Of a DNA stretch of 64,000 nt, positions 1 to 9,312 are shown piece after piece. Both the position numbers and the translations under genes were made by a program. The notes under the pieces are model-generated. The model worked only from the letters and a program-made list of their open reading frames with translations. It did no database searches and was not told the DNA's origin. The DNA comes from Spirochaetales bacterium. Lineage in GTDB: Bacteria > Spirochaetota > Spirochaetia > Treponematales > Treponemataceae. Position 1 is the first letter of the stretch, and every line of letters begins with the position of its first letter. The stretch lies in the NCBI GenBank assembly GCA_003252395.1, contig QKEL01000013.1, positions 125,698 through 189,697 of the forward strand, read 5' to 3'.

Positions 1-204
1 TAAGTGGACCAGGGAACTGTATATGGATATTTTTCGCTCTATTTCCTCAGGGGTATAGTCGCTGACCGTCTTTCCCGACTCGACGGACTCAGCCTTTTGA
101 ATCATTCCGGCCGCAAGCAATAATTGCTCAATAAGGGTTGTTTTGCCGGTCTGTCCATGGCCGGCAACAGCGAGGGTACGAACGTGCTCGGTTGTAAATC
201 CCAT
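1..204 (-). CDS. fusA: Elongation factor G-like GTPase (EF-G2-type paralog), N-terminal 68 codons; runs off the window
   Basis: Not in the ORF track. Manual translation from ATG at 204 gives MGFTTEHVRTLAVAGHGQTGKTTLIEQLLLAAGMIQKAESVESGKTVSDYTPEEIERKISIYSSL, with a P-loop GHGQTGKT and the switch-I pattern D-Y-x-x-EE-x-ER-x-ISI. SD AGGAGA lies upstream. Confidence 0.85.
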   Translation of the reverse strand, partial: MGFTTEHVRTLAVAGHGQTGKTTLIEQLLLAAGMIQKAESVESGKTVSDYTPEEIERKISIYSSLVHL

Positions 205-293
205 TCTGTTCTCCTTAATAAACTACGGTGTGGCAATGTTTTCCCGTTACGGCGGTTAAATCGTTCTTTTATCGTAAGTTCTCAATCCTTGTA

Positions 294-322
294 TTGTCAA
301 GAAAATAATATGCCGGTACTAT
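294..322 (+). promoter_or_regulatory. sigma70 promoter for a probable leaderless transcript
   Basis: TTGTCA (294-299), 17 nt, TACTAT (317-322), 6 nt, ATG at 329. Confidence 0.65.
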
Positions 323-328
323 AGAGGT

Positions 329-1531
329 ATGGACGCACAACGGAAATCGATTCAAAGCCTCACCGTGGGCATGGACGAAAAGCGCGAAGAGCTTTCCGCG
401 CTGTACCGCCAGTTCGGGGCGAAACTCCTGAACGATTCGGTAAACGGAGAATCCTCGGCCTTGGGCTTGGATGCCGACCGCGTGGAATCCTGGCGTTCCT
501 TCATGCAAACCAGGGAAACGGACACGCAAACCGTACTCGATATAAAAGCCGCCCTCTCGCGGCTTACCGAACTGAGCCAATTCCGGAAACAGCTGGAGAG
601 CTCACGAAACGAGGGAACCGAACGGCTCGATCAGCGGATGGAAGCCTTCGGCGAGCTCCTGAACGGGATCGAAACGGATGTCGCCGAGCTTCTTTTCGGC
701 GACGCCTGGACCTCCGCGAGGGCCTTATCCGCCTCGGTAACCGACCTTGAGGGCCGCCGCGACTCGGTTCGCGACGAATTGGATTCTTCGGGGTTTTTCG
801 GGAAGATGAAAGCCCAGTTCAAGCTTTCCGGGCTGGAATCCGAACTGAGGCAAAAGCGCGAAAAACTCGCGAAGGCCCTGCGGAATATCGGCCGGGCAGC
901 CATGGAAAGCGATGCCTTCCGCGAGCGCGCGGAATCGGGAGCCCTCTCCCCCGAGGTCATAAAGGCCCTCAACGCCGCCAAAGAGGCGCGCGTTCAGATG
1001 GAAGAGCTTTCGGGGCGTTCAGAAAGCGTCGATTCCGATATCCAGCTCGTCAAGGACGGCCTTGAGGACGCGGGCGCCCTTGAAAACCCCCAACGGCGCA
1101 TGGAAGAGCTCCGAAACCGCATTCGCGATACCGACCGGCGCATAGATTCCCTCACCGCCCTCGCCGCGCGCGAATACACGGATAAGTTCTACGATGAAGA
1201 CGGTCGTACCCGCCTGGGCAGCCAGGATGAATCGGCGGAATCGGCGGGATTGGGCACCTATGCCCAACAACTGGAACGGGCCTCCTTGCTGAGACGTGAA
1301 ATAGGCGACCTGAGAACGAAAATCGAGATCCTCGAGACGGGCATCAAGATAGAGGCCCTGGACCGCAATATCGGCCAGTGGCAGCATACGGTCAAGGATT
1401 ACGAACAGCGCATACGAAAGTACCAGGAACTCATAGCGACCACTGAGCGCGATATCGGCGAAGCCGAGGCGGAACGCGAGCGGCTCGGCAAGGTTCGGCA
1501 GGAGCTGGAGCGCGCGAACGGCCAGGACTGA
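329..1531 (+). CDS. Hypothetical coiled-coil protein (400 aa)
   Basis: Long ORF rich in E/R/L/A with heptad-like helices; no catalytic motif seen. Confidence 0.7.
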   Translation: MDAQRKSIQSLTVGMDEKREELSALYRQFGAKLLNDSVNGESSALGLDADRVESWRSFMQTRETDTQTVLDIKAALSRLTELSQFRKQLESSRNEGTERLDQRMEAFGELLNGIETDVAELLFGDAWTSARALSASVTDLEGRRDSVRDELDSSGFFGKMKAQFKLSGLESELRQKREKLAKALRNIGRAAMESDAFRERAESGALSPEVIKALNAAKEARVQMEELSGRSESVDSDIQLVKDGLEDAGALENPQRRMEELRNRIRDTDRRIDSLTALAAREYTDKFYDEDGRTRLGSQDESAESAGLGTYAQQLERASLLRREIGDLRTKIEILETGIKIEALDRNIGQWQHTVKDYEQRIRKYQELIATTERDIGEAEAERERLGKVRQELERANGQD

Positions 1532-1596
1532 GCGCTTTCCATACCCGCTTCCCCCGTGGTGACGGCACTCGGGTTTTCTGCTATACTGTCACGGTT

Positions 1597-3414
1597 ATGG
1601 CCAAGAAAACCGCAGCGTACGACGAATCCAAAATCAAGACCCTGAGTTCTCTCGAGCATATCCGCCTTCGGACGGGCATGTATATCGGGCGCCTCGGCGA
1701 CGGGTCCAATCCCGACGACGGCATTTATATCCTGGTGAAGGAAGTGATCGATAACTCCATCGACGAATTCATCATGGGCAACGGCAGCCGCGTGGACATT
1801 CAGCTTAAGGACAACAAGGTAAGCGTTCGCGATTACGGACGCGGCATTCCGCTGGGCAAGGTCGTGGAATGCGTATCCGTCATCAATACGGGCGCCAAAT
1901 ACAACGACGAGGTATTCCAGTTTTCCGTGGGCCTCAACGGCGTGGGAACCAAGGCCGTAAACGCCCTGTCCAGTTGGTTCCGCGTGCTTTCCGTCCGCGA
2001 CGGCAAGTGTACCGAGGCGATCTTCGAGCGGGGAACGCTTTTAAGCGAGAAAAAGGGCTCGGTAAAGCCCGGCACGAAAAACGGCACCCTCGTGGAATTC
2101 ATTCCGGACGAGACCCTCTTTACCGATTACGAGTTTAACCTCGAGTACCTGCAGAAACGCGTTTGGAATTACGCCTACCTGAACGCGGGCTTGGAACTCC
2201 ACTTCAACGGCGAGAAATTCGTGTCCGAGAACGGTCTTCTCGACCTTTTGGACGCGGAAGTGGGCAAGGACCATATCTATCAGGTCGGGTATTACCGGGG
2301 CAAGCAATTGGAGTTCGCCTTTACCCACACGAACAACTACGGCGAGAACTACTTCTCCTTCGTGAACGGCCAGTACACCTCCGACGGCGGCACCCACCTT
2401 TCCGCCTTTAAGGAAGGGCTTCTCAAGGGCATCAACGAGTATTTCAGGAAGAATTTCAAGAGCGAGGACGTGCGCGAGGGAACCGCGGCGGCGGTGGCCG
2501 TAAAGATTCAGGCGCCCATTTTCGAAAGCCAGACCAAAAATAAGCTCGGCAACACCGAGGTCCGCTCCTGGATCGTGAACGAAACCAAGGCCGCGGTAGA
2601 CGATTGGCTTCACCGGAACCCGGAGTCCGCGCGGCAATTGGAGCAAAAGATCCTCGCTAACGAACGGTTGCGCACGGAGCTTAACTCGGTCAAAAAGGAA
2701 GCCAAGGAAGCGGCGAAAAAGATCGCCCTGAAAATCCCGAAGCTCAAGGACTGTAAGTATCACCTTTCCGACGGGCCCAAGGGCGAGAATACCATGATTT
2801 TCATAACCGAGGGCGATTCGGCCTCCGGTTCGATGGTCTCGAGCCGCGACGTGTACACCCAGGCTATCTTCGGCCTGCGCGGAAAGCCCGAGAACATGTA
2901 CGGAAAGAAGCGGGCGGAAATTTACAAGAACGCCGAGCTCTACAACATGATGATGGCCCTGGGAATAGAGGGCGACATTGACGACCTCCGCTACGCGAAA
3001 ATCGTGATCGCCACCGATGCCGATAACGACGGTTTCCATATCCGCAACCTGCTTTTGACCTTCTTCCTCGGTTACTTCGAGGAACTGGTCACCTCGGGTC
3101 GGGTGTACATATTGGAAACGCCGCTTTTCCGCGTGCGCACCAAAAAGGAAACCCAGTATTGCTATTCGGAAAAGGAACGGGACGCGGCGGTCAAGAAGCT
3201 GGGCAGCTCCAGCGAGGTGACCCGCTTTAAGGGACTCGGCGAGATTAGCCCGAAGGAATTCGGCCAATTCATCGGCGAAGACATCAAGCTCCTTCCCGTG
3301 ACGGTTCAGGCCATCAAGAACATTCCGGGCATACTCGAGTTTTACATGGGTAAGAATACCCCGGAACGGCGCGAATTTATCATGAAAAACCTGCTCGCCG
3401 AGGTAGACGTGTAA
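1597..3414 (+). CDS. parE: DNA topoisomerase IV subunit B
   Basis: GHKL motifs (EVIDNSIDE, DYGRGIP, GLNGVG) and TOPRIM motifs (ITEGDSA, IATDADNDG). It is short (605 aa) and coupled to a ParC-type A subunit. Confidence 0.9.
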   Translation: MAKKTAAYDESKIKTLSSLEHIRLRTGMYIGRLGDGSNPDDGIYILVKEVIDNSIDEFIMGNGSRVDIQLKDNKVSVRDYGRGIPLGKVVECVSVINTGAKYNDEVFQFSVGLNGVGTKAVNALSSWFRVLSVRDGKCTEAIFERGTLLSEKKGSVKPGTKNGTLVEFIPDETLFTDYEFNLEYLQKRVWNYAYLNAGLELHFNGEKFVSENGLLDLLDAEVGKDHIYQVGYYRGKQLEFAFTHTNNYGENYFSFVNGQYTSDGGTHLSAFKEGLLKGINEYFRKNFKSEDVREGTAAAVAVKIQAPIFESQTKNKLGNTEVRSWIVNETKAAVDDWLHRNPESARQLEQKILANERLRTELNSVKKEAKEAAKKIALKIPKLKDCKYHLSDGPKGENTMIFITEGDSASGSMVSSRDVYTQAIFGLRGKPENMYGKKRAEIYKNAELYNMMMALGIEGDIDDLRYAKIVIATDADNDGFHIRNLLLTFFLGYFEELVTSGRVYILETPLFRVRTKKETQYCYSEKERDAAVKKLGSSSEVTRFKGLGEISPKEFGQFIGEDIKLLPVTVQAIKNIPGILEFYMGKNTPERREFIMKNLLAEVDV

Positions 3415-5564
3415 TGGACTATATTAAAAGCCTTTTCAACAAGAACTTTCTCGAATACGCGAGCTATGTTATCCGTGACCGCGCTATCCCGGACCTGGAA
3501 GACGGGCTGAAACCCGTCCAGCGGCGCATTCTCCATTCCCTGTTCGAGATGGACGACGGTAAGTTCCACAAGGTCGCGAACGTGGTGGGCCATTGCATGA
3601 AATACCATCCACACGGCGACGCGTCCATAGGCGGGGCCTTGGTGGTTCTCGCCAATAAGGAACTCTTTATCGATAAGCAGGGGAACTTCGGGAACATACA
3701 GACCGGCGACGCGGCTTCCGCGCCGAGGTACATCGAATGCCGTTCCACCGCCCTGGCCAAGGACATCTTCCACAATCCCGACATAACGGCGATGGTTCCG
3801 TCCTACGACGGCCGCAACAAGGAACCCACCGCCTTCCGGGCGAAACTGCCCGTGGTGCTCCTTATCGGCGCCGAGGGAATCGCGGTGGGTATGTCCACCC
3901 GGATCATGCCCCACAATATTCGCGAGGTGATCGAGGCCGAAAAGGCCTGCCTTTCCGGGCAAAAGTTCCAACTGTACCCGGATTTCCCCACCGGGGGCCT
4001 CGTGGACGTATCGGGCTACGAGGACGGATTGGGCAAGGTATTGGCGCGGGCCAAGCTGGATACCTCCGACGAAAAGCGCATCGTGATCCGCGAGCTTCCC
4101 TACGGGAGCACCACCGAGAGCATGATCGCCTCGATCGAGAACGCCTCCCGCTCCGGAAAGATCAAGATTTCCGAGATTAACGACTACACCACCGACAAGG
4201 TCGAGATCGAGATCAAGCTCCAGCGGGGTGTGTACAGCGCCGACGTGGTAGACGCCCTGTACGCCTTCACGGAGTGCGAACAGTCCATTTCCTGCAACCT
4301 CCTGGTGATCCGGGACAATTACCCCGTCATCATGACCGTTTCTGACGTGGTGCGGGACCACGCGAAGCGCCTGGTCAAGATCCTCAAGGAGGAGCTGGAT
4401 CTCGAGAAGGCGAACCTGACCGAGCGGCTCCATATGCGCACCCTGGAGCGTATCTTCATAGAGGAGCGCATTTACAAGAAGATAGAAACCATGAAGACCG
4501 CGGAAGGCGTGATCAAGGCGGTAATGACCGGCTTCGAGCCCTTTCGCGCCGAACTCGTGCGCGACGTGACCGAGGACGATGTGGAACGGCTCTTAAAGAT
4601 CCCGATTCGGCGCATATCGCTTTACGACATCAATAAAAACCGGGCGGAGGTAGAGGAGATCAAGGCGCGCATCCGCGAGATAAATCGCCTTTTAAAAAAC
4701 CTCACGGCCTACGCGATCAGCGTTTTGGACGGGATTCTCGCGAAGCTGGACCCCGCGGAAACCGGTCGGAAAACCCGGATTGACCGTTTTTCCAAGGTTG
4801 ACGTGAAGGAAGCGGTTACCCGCGATACCTCGCTGCGATACGACGCCGAAACGGGGTATTTGGGCACCTCCGTCGCGACGGGCGCCGAGATTTTGAAGGT
4901 AACGCCCTATGACCGGGTTATCGTCATGCGGCGTTCCGGGGTATACACCGTCATGGACGTACCGGATAAGCTTTTCGTGGATACCGGTATGTGGTATTGC
5001 GGTTTCTCCGAGAAGGAAGTGCTTTCCAAGGTCCTTTTTACGGTTATCTATCGGGACCCCAAAACGGGGTTCCCCTGCATCAAACGATGCCGCGTGGAAG
5101 GGTATATCCTGAACCGGGATTATCAGATAGCGCCGGACGGGGCCGAAGTGCTCTTCGTGGGCACCAAGGATAAATTTCAATTTACGGTCACTTACGTGCC
5201 GAAACCGCGTTTAAAAACCCTATCCCAGAACTTTAAGGCGCAAGAGTTCGCCGAAAAGGGGTTGAAGGCCCTGGGCGTGCGCCTCGCGAACCGTGAAGTG
5301 GAATCGGTGAGCGTGGAGGAAGGCGCGTCCGGCGGTTCGGCCGCCGCGGGAAAGGGCAGGGCCACTGCCAAGCGGGAACGGGAGCTTTTTGACGAGATTG
5401 AACCGGCGGCGAAAAAGAGTACCGGTCCGAAGGCTCCGGCCAAGGCGAAATCGGGATTGATGAGCAAGGCGGCGGAAACGACCGCAAAGAAGGCTCCGGC
5501 CGCTAAGAACGCCGGGACAAAAAAAGAGACGGCCCCGAAGGCCGCCCCGAAAAAGAAGAAATAA
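3414..5564 (+). CDS. parC: DNA topoisomerase IV subunit A with Lys/Ala/Pro-rich C-terminal tail
   Basis: RAIPDLEDGLKPVQRR, YHPHGD and catalytic AAPRY-like ASAPRYIE; no GyrA-box seen. TAATG overlap with parE. Confidence 0.9.
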   Translation: MDYIKSLFNKNFLEYASYVIRDRAIPDLEDGLKPVQRRILHSLFEMDDGKFHKVANVVGHCMKYHPHGDASIGGALVVLANKELFIDKQGNFGNIQTGDAASAPRYIECRSTALAKDIFHNPDITAMVPSYDGRNKEPTAFRAKLPVVLLIGAEGIAVGMSTRIMPHNIREVIEAEKACLSGQKFQLYPDFPTGGLVDVSGYEDGLGKVLARAKLDTSDEKRIVIRELPYGSTTESMIASIENASRSGKIKISEINDYTTDKVEIEIKLQRGVYSADVVDALYAFTECEQSISCNLLVIRDNYPVIMTVSDVVRDHAKRLVKILKEELDLEKANLTERLHMRTLERIFIEERIYKKIETMKTAEGVIKAVMTGFEPFRAELVRDVTEDDVERLLKIPIRRISLYDINKNRAEVEEIKARIREINRLLKNLTAYAISVLDGILAKLDPAETGRKTRIDRFSKVDVKEAVTRDTSLRYDAETGYLGTSVATGAEILKVTPYDRVIVMRRSGVYTVMDVPDKLFVDTGMWYCGFSEKEVLSKVLFTVIYRDPKTGFPCIKRCRVEGYILNRDYQIAPDGAEVLFVGTKDKFQFTVTYVPKPRLKTLSQNFKAQEFAEKGLKALGVRLANREVESVSVEEGASGGSAAAGKGRATAKRERELFDEIEPAAKKSTGPKAPAKAKSGLMSKAAETTAKKAPAAKNAGTKKETAPKAAPKKKK

Positions 5565-5571
5565 AGGCATG

Positions 5572-5593
5572 GGCCGTCCCTTCCGGGACGGCC
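5572..5593. terminator. Hairpin between convergent parC and FecR-domain genes (likely bidirectional terminator)
   Basis: GGCCGTCCC-TTCC-GGGACGGCC, a perfect 9-bp stem. Confidence 0.7.
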
Positions 5594-5602
5594 TCATCTA
5601 TT

Positions 5603-6304
5603 TTAGCGAAGCCCGAGCACCACTACCGTGGCGAGTTGGGGCGTGGGAGTCGCCGCGGTAACCTGCGGTATGACGGGTGCCGGCGCGGCGATGGTCGCGA
5701 TAACCGGCGAAACGACCTCGGTAGACGGGGTGCTCGTTAATACGATGGTGTCCATACGCTGTTTCAGCGCGGAAACCGGGCTGGCGACGGCCTCGCCGAA
5801 GAGCTCGAGCTGCTGCCCCGCCGTTCCGGACCGTGTCTGACCGATCGGGGTGGAAAACACGACCGTACCCTGGGTTATTACCAGCTCATCGCCCATTTCG
5901 AAGACGGTTCCGCGAACGGACGCGGTCGCGGCGGGACTCTTCACCGAAAAGGCGTTTTTCTTATTGTTGAAGGAATTGACCTCGGCCTTCACGTTCCCCA
6001 CCTCGAGGTAGAGCTCGGTGTTGACCGTGTTTTCCTTTTCGACCAGTTGGGTAAGGGTCATGCGCGTAAGCGCCTTGACCGTCAAAATCGAGGCGCCGAG
6101 CTTCACCGTGGCTTCCGACTTGAAGCCCGTGGAAATCACGGTTCCCGCGGTGAGGGCGGTACCGGCGGCGAGGGGTTTCCATACCCCCGCGTCGGTTTGA
6201 TACTCGACTTTGCCGTTTACGGTGACGACCTGACCGTCCAAGGCGAACAGTCCCGGCGCCGCGAAAAGGGCGAATGCAACCGCGAGTAACGCGTATTTCT
6301 TCAT
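5603..6304 (-). CDS. Secreted FecR-domain protein
   Basis: Signal peptide and FecR-type beta-strand pattern (ISTGFKSEATV, VKSPAATASVRGTVF), followed by a P/A/T-rich tail. Confidence 0.75.
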   Translation of the reverse strand: MKKYALLAVAFALFAAPGLFALDGQVVTVNGKVEYQTDAGVWKPLAAGTALTAGTVISTGFKSEATVKLGASILTVKALTRMTLTQLVEKENTVNTELYLEVGNVKAEVNSFNNKKNAFSVKSPAATASVRGTVFEMGDELVITQGTVVFSTPIGQTRSGTAGQQLELFGEAVASPVSALKQRMDTIVLTSTPSTEVVSPVIATIAAPAPVIPQVTAATPTPQLATVVVLGLR

Positions 6305-6323
6305 AGTAACCTCCCGTTCAGCG

Positions 6324-7520
6324 TCAGAAACTGAACACGGCCTTTAATGAGGCCTGCATTTCAAAATCACCCTCCGAAGGAACCCAGAAGTAGGAATCCA
6401 ATCGGAACTTTAGATCGCTGGTCGCCTTAAGCGTCGCGCCCGCGTTCAATTCGCTGCCGTTATAGAAATCCGGGTACGCGTCGTCCGTTTGGGCGACCAT
6501 GAATACCTTTCCCCCGAAATCAAGGTTGAAGACCGCGGTGGGGTTGAAATTCCAACCCGCGGAAGCCCGCATGAGATTTTGGAAATTGCGCGAATACAAC
6601 GTTCCGAGCGATTGGAAGCTGATCGGGGAGAATACGTCAAAGAAATCGCTTTGCCGGGGACTGAAGAGGAATTGCCCGAACAGTTGGTTTTTCGACGAGG
6701 GATACAGGTCTACCCGCGCGGAGGCCAGGAGCGAATTGGAAGAGCCCTTGGACCCGTCGCTTTCCTTGATTCCGCTCTGCCAGGTGCCGGTGAGGGTCCC
6801 GAAAGCGACCGGATTGAGGGGCGTCGAGAGGGAGACCGTACCGTATACCATGTCCGCCAGGGAATTATAATCCGATTCGAGGTAGCGACGGAGATCGTAT
6901 TCTCCCGTGCCCTCGAGGAGCACGTCCATGGAGCCTATGGCCTGCGGAATCTGGAGGGTGAGCTTCCCGATAACCCGTTTTGAGCCCAGGCCGTAGGGTT
7001 CGTCCGCGTTTTCGGTCATGTCGGCCTGATCGTCGTCGGTCATGAGGGCGCCGCCCTTTCTCGTATTCAGCAAGCCGGTATAGCCCGCGGCGAAATCGAG
7101 GTTACCGAAACCGAAAACCCCGTGCAGTTCCACGCCGTCTATATTCTGGGCGAGAACGAAACCCGTTACGTCCGATTGCGGAATTCTGCCCACGGACATG
7201 GATACCTTGGCGGTTTGCCCGTCGACCGGGGTAAATTTAAGCCGGAAGAGGTCTAGGTCGGCGAACCAGGTATACGCGTCGGAAGCGGCGGGCTTTGCCG
7301 CGTATAGGCTTCCTTCCACGGAAAGCTGCGTGTTTCCGGACGCGTCGAAGGGAACGGTGACCCAGGCGGTGCTCTTGTGGTCGGTGTACCACGCCCATTC
7401 GCCTTGGTATTGGCCACCGGCGAGATTCGAAAGATCAATGCCGAAATCGAAGGAGAAGACGGCCGCGGCGAGGAGCGTAAAGACGCATGCGAGTAGGTTT
7501 TTTCGGACGGTGCGGGTCAT
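6324..7520 (-). CDS. Putative outer-membrane beta-barrel protein
   Basis: Probable start at ATG 7520 (MTRTVRK; SD GGAGG, ATGA overlap with the upstream gene). Signal peptide, amphipathic strands and terminal Phe (LKAVFSF). Confidence 0.65.
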   Translation of the reverse strand: MTRTVRKNLLACVFTLLAAAVFSFDFGIDLSNLAGGQYQGEWAWYTDHKSTAWVTVPFDASGNTQLSVEGSLYAAKPAASDAYTWFADLDLFRLKFTPVDGQTAKVSMSVGRIPQSDVTGFVLAQNIDGVELHGVFGFGNLDFAAGYTGLLNTRKGGALMTDDDQADMTENADEPYGLGSKRVIGKLTLQIPQAIGSMDVLLEGTGEYDLRRYLESDYNSLADMVYGTVSLSTPLNPVAFGTLTGTWQSGIKESDGSKGSSNSLLASARVDLYPSSKNQLFGQFLFSPRQSDFFDVFSPISFQSLGTLYSRNFQNLMRASAGWNFNPTAVFNLDFGGKVFMVAQTDDAYPDFYNGSELNAGATLKATSDLKFRLDSYFWVPSEGDFEMQASLKAVFSF

Positions 7521-8035
7521 TTCTGTTCCTCCTTTGCCGAGAAAATCGCGTCCCGGTATTCCGGGCTCGCCTCCGGGACCGGCGGGTCTCGGAGCGTCGC
7601 GTCGGGCCATTTGGCCACGAATTTACTGACGGCCCGTACCAAGTCCCTTCCCGAAAGGACGTGGTCCGGATCGGTGCCCGCCTTCCAGAAGCCCTGGGCC
7701 TTCAATTCCTTCCACGCGTATCGGGCGCTGCCCGTCGCGTTCCAGAGTATGCCGCCCTTGAGCCCGTAGTTTTTCATGAGGAAGTGGGAAACCATGCGTA
7801 CGGTCACCGGTTGCTCGGCGTCATTCGCGAAGGGAAAGGTTCCGAACCGATCGCAGTACGTGTAGGCCTCGAAGGGAGTGCATTCCATGCCGAGTTGACT
7901 GGCGACCAGGTAGGAAAAGTCCGTTACGGTAGCCGACTGTTTTTCCAGAATGCCCGATAAAAGGGCCGCGTCCTGGGCGGCGAGGGGAAGAACCGCGGCG
8001 AGCAGGGCAAGGCAGAGTGCGGTACGCTTTATCAT
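7517..8035 (-). CDS. Secreted hypothetical protein, possible SLH-like repeats
   Basis: Signal peptide plus three short helical motifs (ATVTDFSYLV, PVTVRMVSHFL, VLSGRDLVRAV); overlaps both neighbours. Confidence 0.6.
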   Translation of the reverse strand: MIKRTALCLALLAAVLPLAAQDAALLSGILEKQSATVTDFSYLVASQLGMECTPFEAYTYCDRFGTFPFANDAEQPVTVRMVSHFLMKNYGLKGGILWNATGSARYAWKELKAQGFWKAGTDPDHVLSGRDLVRAVSKFVAKWPDATLRDPPVPEASPEYRDAIFSAKEEQK

Positions 8036-9120
8036 TGACCGGCCTCCTCGTCTAGGATGATAATCTCGACCCGCCGGTTTCGGCTGCGGCCTTCGGGTGT
8101 CTCGTTCGTGTCTATCGGTTCGGCGCCGCCCTTTCCGCTCGCGATTACCTCGTCCGCGCCCTTAATGGCCGACTGCACGAGGAAGTCGGCGACCGATCGC
8201 GCCCGGTCGGTGGAGAGCGTGAGGAGTTCCTCCTCGTTTGATCCCGCGGGATTCGCCGCGTGGCCCACGACGCTCAGTTTACGGCCCGTCAGGGTCTTCA
8301 GGATGGCGCCGATATTCAGGAGCTTCGTTTTCTCCGACTCGACGAGAACGGCGGAGTCGGGCTCGAACTGGATATTCTCGATGGAGAGCACGATGCCCGC
8401 GTCGGTTTCCTTAACGTCCACGTTCTGTACCTTTTGCTCCCGTATCTGTTCCTGGAGCTGGCTGACTATGCTCGCGCGGACTATTTCGCTGACGGTATTG
8501 AATTCTTCGGCGGTTTCCCGGGTGAAAAGGAGCGAGGTTTTATCCGTAAAACGGTACTGAAGCTCCTCTATGACGTTCGACCGCTTCGGGGAGCCGGAAC
8601 GGTTATCCCACAAAAAGTCGATGGTGGAAACGCCGCTTAACCGCTCGAGGTTTGAGCGTTTTGCGTCCTTTTCGGGGAAAACGTAAAAGGGAACCCATTT
8701 GCCCGTCACGCGGTAGTAGGATTTACCCTCCAATTCCACCAAGCCGCGATAGGTGTAGGTAACGGGTACGTTGACCGTTAGCGCCTCTTTCAGGCCGAAA
8801 CCGGACAGGTCGTACGCGATCTCAACCGCCCCTTCCCAGGTGTTTCCCGTTTCCAGCGAATTGCGCGGAAAGGTTATCAAGTGCCGTAAGTGCGAAATGG
8901 TGCTTTGGTTTTGCGCGGCCGCCTCTTGGAACGGAGCCGCGTCGGTCACGGTGACGGGTTGACTCGTTATGGAGTCCAGTCCGGTGACGTATTCTTTTAC
9001 CGTTACCCTGGTTTCATACTGCTGTCCGGTATTTGCCTTCCAGGTCAACACCTCGGCGTTGGCCCCGAAAAGAGATACGAGCGCGAGTACACCCAGGATC
9101 GGTCCTTTTTTTAATCCCAT
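8032..9120 (-). CDS. OmpA-family (OmpA_C-like) periplasmic protein
   Basis: C-terminal NIQFEPDSA, VVGHAA, LSTDRARSVADFL and GRSRNRRVEI; signal peptide. Start ATG 9120 follows AGGGG. Confidence 0.85.
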   Translation of the reverse strand: MGLKKGPILGVLALVSLFGANAEVLTWKANTGQQYETRVTVKEYVTGLDSITSQPVTVTDAAPFQEAAAQNQSTISHLRHLITFPRNSLETGNTWEGAVEIAYDLSGFGLKEALTVNVPVTYTYRGLVELEGKSYYRVTGKWVPFYVFPEKDAKRSNLERLSGVSTIDFLWDNRSGSPKRSNVIEELQYRFTDKTSLLFTRETAEEFNTVSEIVRASIVSQLQEQIREQKVQNVDVKETDAGIVLSIENIQFEPDSAVLVESEKTKLLNIGAILKTLTGRKLSVVGHAANPAGSNEEELLTLSTDRARSVADFLVQSAIKGADEVIASGKGGAEPIDTNETPEGRSRNRRVEIIILDEEAGQ

Positions 9121-9312
9121 ACTCAATCCCCTTGAAACGGTTTTGAACGGATAAGCCCGTCAGGCTTCGCGTTCCGTGAGCCCCGGTAGCTGCCGGGGCC
9201 CCATGGTGTCCATACCTTCACTATAACCCATTTTAACGGGCTGGACACTCCCTTTGCGGTTTTTCGCCCCATGGATATATAATGATACTATATAATTGCC
9301 GCAGGAGAAGTC

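Noticed and set aside
1597-5564. DNA gyrase (gyrB/gyrA) assignment
   Set aside because: The B subunit is short, the A subunit shows no GyrA-box, and both look like the divergent spirochaete-type topoisomerase IV.
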